From an uncultured Planctomycetia bacterium (GTDB taxonomy: Bacteria > Omnitrophota > Gorgyraeia > Tantalellales > Tantalellaceae), in NCBI GenBank assembly GCA_964527765.1, contig CAZGQR010000001.1, positions 118,353 to 182,352 of the forward strand: a stretch of 64,000 nucleotides of DNA, in the 5' to 3' direction. The notes under the pieces are model-generated. The model made no database searches. It saw nothing but the letters and a program-made list of their open reading frames with translations, and was not told the origin of the DNA. A program made the translations under genes and the position numbers. Position 1 is the first letter of the stretch. Every line of letters starts with the position of its first letter. Of this stretch, positions 9,572-18,716 are shown piece after piece.

Positions 9572-11119
9572 TCAATGCTCCTCGATGGTGACATCTTCGA
9601 TATGCAGCGACCTGTCCTCTTTGAGCTCTATCTTGCACCTGTGCCTGCGCTGGATATCGCTCAGCATCCTGGCCTGGTCCGACACCAGGGCCGCGTTGAT
9701 GTCCGGATGCAGCGTGACGCTGATATGCTTGCGGCTCTTGACGCTCTTGCCGAGCAGGTTATCCATCCTGCGCACGGCCTCGATCGCTATGGTCTCCACG
9801 CTCTTTATCATGCCCTTGCCGCCGCAGTAAGGACATTCCACATGGGCGGAGCTTTCCAGGCTCTTGCGCATCCGCTGCCGCGTCATCTCCACCACGCCGA
9901 ACTGGGACATCCCGCGCAGGCTGATACGCGCCTTGTCGTCACGCAATTTCTGCTGCAGAAAATGAAAAAGTTTATCGCGGTGATCCTTGCGTTCCATGTC
10001 TATGAAATCTACTATAATTATGCCGCCGATGTCCCTCAATATGAACTGTTTGGGTATTTCTTCCGCGGCTTCCATGTTCGTTTTGAAAGCGGTCTCTTCC
10101 AGGCTCCTCTTGCCCACAAAGCTGCCGGTGTTCACGTCTATTACGACCACCCCTTCTGTCTGTTCTATGACAAGATAGCCGCCGCTCTTGAGGCCGACCT
10201 TCCTTTCAAATATCTCATCGATCTTCTTGTCCAGATTATATTTTTCGAACAGGGGCGTCCGGCCGGTGTACAACTTAACCTTTTTCCTCAGCGAGGGCAT
10301 GAACGCTTTCAGGAATTTCATGATCCGGGCATATTCATCTTTCGAATCGACGACAAGCCGGGTAACGTCCTCGGTAAAGATGTCCCTGATCATGCGCAGC
10401 ACGATCCCGTATTCTTCGTATACCGTCACGGGAGCGGTCTGTCTTTCGGCCCTCGATTTTATCCGTTCCCACAGGTTCAGCAGATACCTGAGCTCACCCC
10501 GAAGTTCTTCTTCCGTCCTCTTTTCCGCCACGGTTCTCACGATACAACCGACCTTATCGATAAAGTTCATCTTGTTCAATATGTCGCGTATCCTTTTCCT
10601 CTCCGCTTTGTCCGTTATGCGGCGGGATATCCCTATGCTCTTGTCATGCGGGGTAAGGACCAGGTACCTTCCGGGAAGACTTATGTAAGTGGTGAGCCTG
10701 GACCCCTTGGTCCCCATCGCTTCTTTCACGACCTGGACCATGATCTCCTCGCCCATCTTCAGGATGTCCTTTATCCTGGGCTGGGCTTCCTTTTTACCTG
10801 TCTTGAAAGCGGCTTCATCCTCATCGGGCAGCATCTCCCTGAGCACGGAACTCTTGTCCACAACGTCGCTAACGTGAAGAAAGCCGTTCTTGTCCAGCCC
10901 GATATCGACAAAAGCGGCTTCGATCCCGGGAAGGATGGAAGTCACGCGCCCTTTATAAATACTCCCGGCATAATGCTCAAGGCTTTTTCTTTCCATGAAA
11001 AAATCCGTCAGAATGCCGTTATCCAGGATGGCGACGCGTTTCTCGATAGGGCTTATATTGACCAGTATCTCCCTGCCGGCACCTGTCTGCTTTTCTTCTC
11101 TTGCGCGTTTTCTTGTCAT
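9572..11119 (-). CDS. rng: Ribonuclease E/G family endoribonuclease (RNase G length)
   Basis: S1 domain (IYKGRV, AAFVDIG), VIDVNTG, GGIIIVDFIDM, CPYC zinc link. Confidence 0.96.
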   Translation of the reverse strand: MTRKRAREEKQTGAGREILVNISPIEKRVAILDNGILTDFFMERKSLEHYAGSIYKGRVTSILPGIEAAFVDIGLDKNGFLHVSDVVDKSSVLREMLPDEDEAAFKTGKKEAQPRIKDILKMGEEIMVQVVKEAMGTKGSRLTTYISLPGRYLVLTPHDKSIGISRRITDKAERKRIRDILNKMNFIDKVGCIVRTVAEKRTEEELRGELRYLLNLWERIKSRAERQTAPVTVYEEYGIVLRMIRDIFTEDVTRLVVDSKDEYARIMKFLKAFMPSLRKKVKLYTGRTPLFEKYNLDKKIDEIFERKVGLKSGGYLVIEQTEGVVVIDVNTGSFVGKRSLEETAFKTNMEAAEEIPKQFILRDIGGIIIVDFIDMERKDHRDKLFHFLQQKLRDDKARISLRGMSQFGVVEMTRQRMRKSLESSAHVECPYCGGKGMIKSVETIAIEAVRRMDNLLGKSVKSRKHISVTLHPDINAALVSDQARMLSDIQRRHRCKIELKEDRSLHIEDVTIEEH

Positions 11120-11306
11120 TTATGTTCGTCCTTTCTATGCGCGGCTCTAAGTAGGAGCTCCTTTAAAGGTGCCCTCACAAGCCACAGACTGCTTAAATGA
11201 AGGTTGCGGGAGAGAATACAGAGGGGGATAAAAAATATCTGACCGGCGAAATTATTAAAAACTCTGTGATCCCCCTTGTTTCTTCGGCTTCTCTCCTTTG
11301 CCTTCT

Positions 11307-13109
11307 TTACTTCTCTGTTTCTTTTTTACTCTTCTTCCTGAAATCCAGGAACGGCTTGTACGTCTTCTTCTCTTCCACCGCACCGACGGACATCACCGGA
11401 ACATCTACCTGCTCCTCGGAAACCTTTAACCTTCCCGTCTTGATAACAGGAGTCGTCCTTTCCTCTTCTTTTTCGCTGCTTTCGGACTCTTGCTCTTTTT
11501 CCCGCACAAAATACTGATCATATTGCTTGATCGTTCCTGATTTTCTGATGGAATCCATACCGTCCTTGACAAGATAGACCGTGACAAAAAATACGATCTC
11601 GGTCCTCCTGACATCCTCCGCTTCATACCTGAAGGCGTTCCCCAGAACGGGTATCCCGCCGAAAAGGTCGCCGAGTATGGGGAACTTGTTGTCCGTTTTC
11701 GTTACATTCTTTCTGATAAGACCCCCGAGAAAGATCGTCTCCCCGTCCTTGACCCTTATGATCGTATTCGCCTCTCTTGAGCTGAATGTCAGAGAATACG
11801 TGGTTATGCCTCCGACGCCGCCGATGGGAAGCACTGTAAAACCTTGATCGGTAGAGACTTCGGGAAGAAGATTCACGGAAATATCACCTTCCTTGTTGAC
11901 ATGGGGTATCACTACCAGCTTCACGCCGACCTCTCTTGCCTCCGCTTCATCCTCGAACTCCACGGTGACGGTCCTCGCCGCTTCCGTGCTCTCTATCGAC
12001 TTCTGAAGCATTATCTTATCTATCACCTTTATGGTGGCTTTCTGGTTGTTCAAAGTGGTGATACGCGGGCTTGAAAGTATTTCGGTATCGCCTCTTTGTT
12101 CCAGCAGACTTAATGTCGCCGTAAAAGTGCTGAAGTCAAGCGTGCCGTAAGCAAAGAGGGAACCCACCGTTGGGGTGGTAGATAGGGGCAGAGTCACAAG
12201 TGTTGTAATATCAATAGGAGGAAAACCCGCGTTCGATTCGCCAAGAGTGCCCGTAGGATAAAACTTGCTCTGCGTGCCGGGCAGCCACTGAAGCAGCCCG
12301 GTATTTGTAAAAGGGAACGTTGTCGGTCTTCTTGCCCCGGCCGCCGAGATGACCGCGTTCCAGTCTATACCGAAACGTTCGTCTTCCGTAAGCGTGATCT
12401 CAACGACCTTCGCGTCAAGTATGACCTGGGGGGTCCTTTTATCGATCTTGGCGACCATGTTCTTGATATCTACTATCCGGGCGGGGATCGCCGTCACCAC
12501 TATGGCGTTGACGCTCGAAATAAATGTTGCCTTTTCGCCCCTTCCCGTGTTGAGGATCGAAGTGATCGCATCCATCAGCTGCTGGATGCTCTCTTCCTTC
12601 TCCTCCACCAGTATCTCTTCCCCCTCTTCTTCTTTTTTCAGTTCTATCTCGCGTATGAGGTTATTCAGGGATATGACCTCGGTCACGGGCTCTTCGGCCT
12701 GGAGCTGGTCCCTGGGCATCACCCTTATGATGCCCTGCTCTTCATCGCGTGAATACACGAAACCGTAGTTCCTTGTCACGATATCAAGGGCGACTTCCCA
12801 GGGCTTGTTCCGGAGCCGCATGGTGACATTGCCTTCCACGCCGGGGGAGGGAACGATATCCACGCCGCTCACCTCGGACAGGTAGTGCAGGATCGTTTTG
12901 ATGTCAACGTCCCTGAAATTCACCGTCACGTTGCCCGGATCCGGCAAAGGCCGCTCTATCTCCTCTTCGAAAATGGCCGTCCCGGTAGTGCCGGCAGGCG
13001 AAGCAGGCATCTGAGCGCGGGCGTCGACACACATCAGTGAACTTGCGAAAACGATCATGGTAAGCACGGCAAAGATCCTTACCGTCCGGCCTGACTTTTT
13101 TATATTCAT
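11307..13109 (-). CDS. pilQ: Secretin (PilQ/GspD type)
   Basis: N0 domain VNFRDVDI; QVILDAKVVE, ILSSPRITTLNNQKATI, GETIFLGGLI, PILGD; follows pilMNOP. Confidence 0.9.
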   Translation of the reverse strand: MNIKKSGRTVRIFAVLTMIVFASSLMCVDARAQMPASPAGTTGTAIFEEEIERPLPDPGNVTVNFRDVDIKTILHYLSEVSGVDIVPSPGVEGNVTMRLRNKPWEVALDIVTRNYGFVYSRDEEQGIIRVMPRDQLQAEEPVTEVISLNNLIREIELKKEEEGEEILVEEKEESIQQLMDAITSILNTGRGEKATFISSVNAIVVTAIPARIVDIKNMVAKIDKRTPQVILDAKVVEITLTEDERFGIDWNAVISAAGARRPTTFPFTNTGLLQWLPGTQSKFYPTGTLGESNAGFPPIDITTLVTLPLSTTPTVGSLFAYGTLDFSTFTATLSLLEQRGDTEILSSPRITTLNNQKATIKVIDKIMLQKSIESTEAARTVTVEFEDEAEAREVGVKLVVIPHVNKEGDISVNLLPEVSTDQGFTVLPIGGVGGITTYSLTFSSREANTIIRVKDGETIFLGGLIRKNVTKTDNKFPILGDLFGGIPVLGNAFRYEAEDVRRTEIVFFVTVYLVKDGMDSIRKSGTIKQYDQYFVREKEQESESSEKEEERTTPVIKTGRLKVSEEQVDVPVMSVGAVEEKKTYKPFLDFRKKSKKETEK

Positions 13110-13119
13110 CGGTCCTCCT

Positions 13120-13515
13120 TTATTCTCCTGAAATCCCGTATTCCTTTTCGTAAAGTTTTTTCTCGAATCGCTCGTCGCCTATCTTTATCTTCACGACATT
13201 ATCACCGATGGATTCGACGGTCAATCTCCCCACCTCGTCACCTTCCCGCAGGACTTCGCCGTTGATGATAACACTGCGCGCGCCGTCAGGCTCGACCGTA
13301 ACGCCCTGGAACACAACATCGTCTATCGTAAGTATCCCCCATACGCCCTCTCCCGATCTTTCGCTTGAAACGCCGACGAGCGGCACGAAAGGATCCCTGC
13401 GGCCGGCAGAACTGTACGCGTAAGAAACGCCCGTGGTGCAAAGGCAGCTCATGCACGCCAGGACCGCGGCCGCCATGGCACATAAAAACACCGAACCCGC
13501 ACTATTTCTTTTCAT
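13120..13515 (-). CDS. pilP: PilP/GspC-like alignment protein
   Basis: Hydrophobic N-terminus, RRDPF motif, position between pilO and pilQ; start uncertain. Confidence 0.65.
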   Translation of the reverse strand: MKRNSAGSVFLCAMAAAVLACMSCLCTTGVSYAYSSAGRRDPFVPLVGVSSERSGEGVWGILTIDDVVFQGVTVEPDGARSVIINGEVLREGDEVGRLTVESIGDNVVKIKIGDERFEKKLYEKEYGISGE

Positions 13516-14155
13516 CCTCGACCGCCACATAGGTCTTCAAGACCATGTTTATATCGTGCTTCCTTGGAAAGTTTCTGTCATACTGTATCCGCAGATCCTC
13601 GATCGTGATAAACCGTTCCTGTTTTTCAAGATTGCTTATAAAAGACCCGAGTTGGTGATATCCGCTTTTTGCGGTTATTACCACGGGCATCTCACGATAA
13701 AAGCCGCCGCCTTTTTCTCCCGCCTCGGCGATCTTAAGCTTAGAAGGGGTTATGCTTAATATCCTTACATCGGATGTTCTGGCTATCGACGAGAGTTTTT
13801 CAAGGAATTCGGGCACTTCTTTCTGGTCGGGAAGTCCTTTGGAATATCCTTCCAGCTCCTTCCTTCCCGCTTTTAGCTGTTCCATCATCTTGTCAAGCTG
13901 TTTGATGCGCCCATTTACTTTATCGATCGCGTCATTAAGGTCACTGACTTCTCTGGAAGCATTGGACAGCGCATAAAGCCCGGGGATAATGGCGAAGGTC
14001 GTATACAAAAGCGCAAAGATCACTATGCCGCCCAAAATGGCATACATCCTGGACTGTTCGTCTTTCAAAAATTCTTTTATCCTGTCCGGGGTCTGGGATT
14101 CCAGAAACTCTTTTATCTTGTCCGGCGTTATCGTCCTTGGGTCTATCATCTTCAT
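13502..14155 (-). CDS. pilO: Type IV pilus protein PilO
   Basis: TM helix, coiled coil, LPDQKEVPEFL, GYHQLGSFISNLE. Confidence 0.9.
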   Translation of the reverse strand: MKMIDPRTITPDKIKEFLESQTPDRIKEFLKDEQSRMYAILGGIVIFALLYTTFAIIPGLYALSNASREVSDLNDAIDKVNGRIKQLDKMMEQLKAGRKELEGYSKGLPDQKEVPEFLEKLSSIARTSDVRILSITPSKLKIAEAGEKGGGFYREMPVVITAKSGYHQLGSFISNLEKQERFITIEDLRIQYDRNFPRKHDINMVLKTYVAVEDEKK

Positions 14156-14829
14156 CTTCTTCTCCGCGGCGCCCTTTGGGCAGCTTTGGGTTTTTCGCTT
14201 TTAGCTTGAACGGCCTCTGACTTTTTGAACCGGCAGTTCAACCTGAACATCATAGCCTCTTCACCGGCGATCTGGAGATTCCTCATATCTTCCAGCTCTA
14301 TATCTTCAAAGTAGACCGAAAATCCTTTATTCCTTTTCAGGCTGGTGATAAATTTCGCCACAAGAGATGTTGTTTCCTCGCTTTTTCCAAGAGCATAACC
14401 GGTAATATCCAGCCTGACGGGAGAGCTGCTGATCTTCTGGCCCTTGCCTCCCTTTTCGCGGAATTTCACCTCAAAATCAGAGAGCCAGATATTCGGGATC
14501 ACTGCTTGATTCAGCCCCGTTAAGAGCTGTGACCAATCCAGGCCCGGTTTGGCTATTCTTTTTATAGCCCGGATCCTTTCCTGAAATTCATCGATCCCTT
14601 TGGTGATTTTTTCTGTCTTCTCCCTTTGCGGCTGCATCTGGTCCCACTTTTCCCTGAGCGATATCGAAAGATCACGTTTATTTTTTACAAGCAGTATCAC
14701 CCACAGGTGAATAACGATCAGGGCTCCTGCCACGCACACCGCTATAGGCAGCACCGGTATCTTGAGCGCCGGCTCCGCGCGTTTTTTCTTTTTTCTGAGT
14801 TCTGCGGGTAACAAGTTAAGTTCTATCAT
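14152..14829 (-). CDS. pilN: Type IV pilus protein PilN
   Basis: N-terminal LNLLP PilM-binding motif, TM helix, IPNIWLS. Confidence 0.9.
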   Translation of the reverse strand: MIELNLLPAELRKKKKRAEPALKIPVLPIAVCVAGALIVIHLWVILLVKNKRDLSISLREKWDQMQPQREKTEKITKGIDEFQERIRAIKRIAKPGLDWSQLLTGLNQAVIPNIWLSDFEVKFREKGGKGQKISSSPVRLDITGYALGKSEETTSLVAKFITSLKRNKGFSVYFEDIELEDMRNLQIAGEEAMMFRLNCRFKKSEAVQAKSEKPKAAQRAPRRRR

Positions 14830-14865
14830 GATCTCACAAAACCTTTGCTGCTTGCTTCATGCGGC

Positions 14866-15882
14866 TTAACTCCTGAGCGCAAGCCCTATGCTGACGGCAA
14901 GCTGGGATGCGACCGAGTCTATATCCTGCTTTGAAAGATTTTCGGAAATATTTATGCCGTCAGCCGGGTTCCATTTCTGCACCTGGGTCCCCAGTTTCTC
15001 GCTAAGATAGTCGACCACGCCTTTTTGATAGCTCATACCGCCGGAACAGTAAATGGCGCTGACCCCCTCATTATACCTGTTCTCAAAATAGCCGAAGGAA
15101 AGCTGCATTTCCTTGATCAGGTCATCAAGGACCTGGGCAGTGGCCTGGGCAATGACCTCCTTATCCGCTTTTCCGATCCCCAATTTGTGCTCTTCGGCCT
15201 TTTCCGGAGAAACGGACAGACTGTCACGGATCGCTTCCGTGACGTCTTTGCCCCCTATCTGTATCTGTCTCATGAAACACGGAAGCTTGCCGATCGTGAT
15301 CAGCACATCGGTCTGTGAATGCCCGAGATCCAGGAACGCGTTACCTTTATCCTCCAGCGACGGCTTGGACTCGATAAAGGCATTGAACATCGCAAAGGGA
15401 TCGGAATCTATGATATTGACCGTTATCCCCAGTCTTTCGATCGTCCCTACCAGGGCCTCGATGGGCTTAAGTTTAGCCGCGGCCAAAAGCACCCTCATCT
15501 GGCCGGCTTCAGGAGCATCCCCGAGGATAAGAAAGTCCAGGACCACTTCGTTGATGTTAAAAGGTATATGCTTTTCAGCCTCAAATTTAAGGGCGTTCTT
15601 AAGCTGTTCTTTGCTCATTTTGGGAAGGGTTATAAACCGGACGATCACATCGGGCCCGGATATTGACAGATTCACTCTTTCCGGATAAAGGTCGACCTCA
15701 TCGAGAGTTTCTTTTATAAGCTGTTCCAGGTTTGTGTCTTTCGCTCCAGGGGGGATCTTCTTGATGTTATACGCGGTAAGCGTATTCTTCTCGGGATCTT
15801 TTTCGATGGAAACGGCTTTTATGGAATAAGTTCCGATATCAAGCCCGACCGATTTCTCTTTTACCTTACCTAGTTTTATCAT
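14866..15882 (-). CDS. pilM: Type IV pilus protein PilM
   Basis: GLDIGTYSIK, FEAEKHIPF, DLGHSQT, IGLALR. Confidence 0.93.
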   Translation of the reverse strand: MIKLGKVKEKSVGLDIGTYSIKAVSIEKDPEKNTLTAYNIKKIPPGAKDTNLEQLIKETLDEVDLYPERVNLSISGPDVIVRFITLPKMSKEQLKNALKFEAEKHIPFNINEVVLDFLILGDAPEAGQMRVLLAAAKLKPIEALVGTIERLGITVNIIDSDPFAMFNAFIESKPSLEDKGNAFLDLGHSQTDVLITIGKLPCFMRQIQIGGKDVTEAIRDSLSVSPEKAEEHKLGIGKADKEVIAQATAQVLDDLIKEMQLSFGYFENRYNEGVSAIYCSGGMSYQKGVVDYLSEKLGTQVQKWNPADGINISENLSKQDIDSVASQLAVSIGLALRS

Positions 15883-15962
15883 TGTGAGAAATAAATGCTT
15901 TAAACATGAAAATTCGCTGCGTCTTATATATATTTTACGCGCTAAGCATATATATTAATCAA

Positions 15963-15991
15963 AGGTTATCATACCATTGTGCCGTTGTCAA
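15963..15991 (-). promoter_or_regulatory. sigma70 promoter of pilMNOPQ
   Basis: TTGACA-17 nt-TAACCT with extended -10 TG. Confidence 0.65.
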
Positions 15992-16043
15992 GCAAGGGCG
16001 GGTTTTAAAAGGCAGGATTAGAAAGGTTGGCTAAGAAAACAGC

Positions 16044-18020
16044 TTAAATTCCGCCTTCTGACCTCATCTTCCGCAACAGTTCCAAAGCGGGCTCGAACTC
16101 CGGATCGACCATAACGGCTTTCCTGAGCCACTTCTCCGCTTCCTGCTTCTGGCCGTCTATCAGAAAAACATATCCGAGGTTGTAAAAAGCCAGGGGTTTT
16201 TCCGGATAAAGCCGTGTAGCTTCCAGATAGTATACCGCGCCTTCCCTGAGTCCGCCCGATCGCGTATATGCTGTCCCGAGATTGACCAGGGAATCGTAAT
16301 CGTAGGGATCGATCTTTTTTGCCCTCTTTGTCGCCTCGAGGGCTTTTGTATTTTTCCCTGCCCTTGAATAGGCCGTTCCGAGAATAAGAAAAGCTTCGGA
16401 ATGCTTTGGGCTGATCCTGACCACGCGCTCCAGATACTCTATTCCCCTGTGGTCTTCCCCTCTTGCAAAAGCCACCAGCGCCAATCCCGTATAACCGTTA
16501 AAATGCGTTCTGTCAATATCGAGGACCTTTCTGAAAGCCCGCTCCGCTTCATCGATATTACCGGCCGCAAGCTCCCACCGGCCTTTTAAATACCATGCCT
16601 CCGGATCCGTGGGATCGGCCTTCACGTATGCGTCCATATTATCCAGAGACTGCGCAATGCTGCCGGCCTCCCTGGCTGAAAGCATCTTGTAATACCTGGC
16701 GGCGTCATCCTGCTCTGAGAACTTCAGCACCCGGTCGCTCAGGGACATATCGCTGCGCCAGTATTTATTCTGCACTACCGTAGCGGTTGAATAAAAGATC
16801 ACCGCACAAAACATAAGCCCCGCAAGCGCGTATCTTGCAAGCGCCCCTTTTCGGCTGTAAATGCCGACAAAAGCCACGGACATAAAAAGAAACGCGCCGT
16901 AACCCGGCAGGTATACCCAGTGTTCCGCGAACACCTCAAAATATCCCGTCACAAAAACAAACGGTATAAGCGCCACTAAAAAGAACCACAATGAGAACAG
17001 CAATACTTTCAGATTTCTCCTGAGATGGAAAATAAGAAAAACGGCGCAAACGGCGGCGGCGGCCGAGATAAAAACTTCCGTTCCCGCAAGGTGAGTGCTC
17101 CTTCTCATGTGCAACCCCACCGGAAAAATAAGCAGCGAAAAAAAGGCTCCGGCCATATCGAGATACTTGACAAACATCGCCGGGAGCTCCCGGAAAGCAA
17201 TGATCCGGGAATATCTCTCTGCGAACAAAAAATAGTGCAGAGCCGCATATCCTCCCGCGAGAAGAAAGCCCGGGACATGACAGGCAAGATCGGCCATGGA
17301 CCTTCTCCTTAAGACCACTACCATCATAAAAAGAAGCAGCAGCGGAAAAACGATCGCCGCTTCCTTGGAAAGAAGCGAAAACCCTAAAAAAATGACGCTT
17401 GCCGCCAATAGTGGGTACTTCTTTTTCTCGGCAAACAGCACATGAAAGAACATGTATAAAAAACCGAAGAAAAAGAACAAAAGATCCGTCCTGCCGGAAA
17501 TATACGAGACCGCTCCCGCATGTGCGGGGTGGATCGCGAACAAAAGCGACGCAAGTAAGCCGGCAGCGGTTCCCCCGGTAAGTTTACGCGTCAGGAAAAA
17601 GACCAGGACACTGTTCAGGAAATGCAAAAAGACGTTCGAAAAGTGGAAGGCAAAAGGGTTCATTCCCCGCAGGTGATAATCCACGGCATAACTCAGTATC
17701 TGCACGGGCCTGTAATACATGGAATAAGTAAAAGAGGTGTTCAGCACATCCTGCTTGAACATTTGAAAAGACCACAGGGGAGCCCGGACAAGGGGGCTGC
17801 GGACGATCAGAAACTCATCATCCCATATGAATCCCGCATCAAGGATATTGCCGTAACATGCCGCCACAGCGGCAAAAAGAAGCAGGATTATCAAGATCGC
17901 TTCTTTCCGCTTCCGTCCTTCGGATCTTTCCGGATCTATCCCGGGAATTCGCGCGGCGCCTGCCGCCGGCACACGTGCATGCATGGCTAATAAGATAACA
18001 TGCGGGGCTTTCAAATACAA
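16044..18020 (-). CDS. GT-C fold TMTC-like protein glycosyltransferase with C-terminal TPR repeats
   Basis: GFIWDD, YYRP, HP..AV.YISGRTD, LSKE motifs; many TM helices; TPR array; start uncertain. Confidence 0.85.
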   Translation of the reverse strand: MYLKAPHVILLAMHARVPAAGAARIPGIDPERSEGRKRKEAILIILLLFAAVAACYGNILDAGFIWDDEFLIVRSPLVRAPLWSFQMFKQDVLNTSFTYSMYYRPVQILSYAVDYHLRGMNPFAFHFSNVFLHFLNSVLVFFLTRKLTGGTAAGLLASLLFAIHPAHAGAVSYISGRTDLLFFFFGFLYMFFHVLFAEKKKYPLLAASVIFLGFSLLSKEAAIVFPLLLLFMMVVVLRRRSMADLACHVPGFLLAGGYAALHYFLFAERYSRIIAFRELPAMFVKYLDMAGAFFSLLIFPVGLHMRRSTHLAGTEVFISAAAAVCAVFLIFHLRRNLKVLLFSLWFFLVALIPFVFVTGYFEVFAEHWVYLPGYGAFLFMSVAFVGIYSRKGALARYALAGLMFCAVIFYSTATVVQNKYWRSDMSLSDRVLKFSEQDDAARYYKMLSAREAGSIAQSLDNMDAYVKADPTDPEAWYLKGRWELAAGNIDEAERAFRKVLDIDRTHFNGYTGLALVAFARGEDHRGIEYLERVVRISPKHSEAFLILGTAYSRAGKNTKALEATKRAKKIDPYDYDSLVNLGTAYTRSGGLREGAVYYLEATRLYPEKPLAFYNLGYVFLIDGQKQEAEKWLRKAVMVDPEFEPALELLRKMRSEGGI

Positions 18021-18083
18021 GCCTTATCATGAAATCAAATTGCAAACCGGGGCATAAGTGCGCTCCGGCATGGATAATAATAT

Positions 18084-18127
18084 AAAAAAAAGGGGGGCTG
18101 CCATAGATCGTTGCCCCCCTTTTTTTT
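18084..18127. terminator. Intrinsic (bidirectional) terminator downstream of the pilin gene
   Basis: A-run, GGGGGGC...GCCCCCC stem, T-run. Confidence 0.85.
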
Positions 18128-18155
18128 CGTTCACGCCTGTTGAATGCTACCCCTC

Positions 18156-18521
18156 TTACGGTGTCAGAGTATGACCCGAAACGGTACATGTGGGAGTCGC
18201 ATTTACCTGAATACCAGCGACGACATCATACGTGCCCCCTGCGGGACAGCTCGGCGTCGACTTGATATAATCAGACACAAGGTCCGCCATCGTGACTGTA
18301 TCGGTTGAAGATTTGTTCTCGTCCAGAGCCCAGAGTGTCATGGCTCCGTCGATCTGCTTCAGGTTCGCGATACAGGCATTCGTCTGCGCATTTTCTCGGG
18401 CTTTCATGAAGTTAGGTATTGCTATTGCGGCTAACAGACCTATAATTGCGACTACGATCATGATTTCAACAAGAGTGAAACCGCCTTTACCCATAAATTT
18501 TCGCATCTTCATCTTTCTCAC
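18156..18521 (-). CDS. pilA: Type IV pilin, probably the major subunit
   Basis: GG|FTLVEIMIVVAIIGLLAAIAIPNF; C-terminal Cys pair; own promoter, SD AAAGGAGG and terminator. Confidence 0.88.
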   Translation of the reverse strand: MRKMKMRKFMGKGGFTLVEIMIVVAIIGLLAAIAIPNFMKARENAQTNACIANLKQIDGAMTLWALDENKSSTDTVTMADLVSDYIKSTPSCPAGGTYDVVAGIQVNATPTCTVSGHTLTP

Positions 18522-18574
18522 CTCCTTTCAAAGAACAGATTTGAGAGACTGGACCTTACCCGCCCCTCAGTTTA

Positions 18575-18603
18575 AGTATACCCAAGCATCTTTCGAAATG
18601 CAA
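18575..18603 (-). promoter_or_regulatory. sigma70 promoter of the pilin gene
   Basis: TTGCAT-17 nt-TATACT. Confidence 0.7.
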
Positions 18604-18638
18604 ATATAGGGCGGATAACAATATCTGCCTTTTGTTTT

Positions 18639-18710
18639 ACTACTCAGGTGATCAACAATCAGGCTGTTTGCCATGCTCCGCACGGGAAGGATCCGCACCG
18701 GGCGGAGGGG
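18639..18710 (+). mobile_element. Truncated copy of the MITE at 45014-45147
   Basis: 61/72 nt identical to 45017-45088 by manual alignment. Confidence 0.8.
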
Positions 18711-18716
18711 TTTTCT

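Noticed and set aside
9488-11200. 570-aa plus-strand ORF
   Set aside because: Antisense shadow of rng with no recognisable motifs
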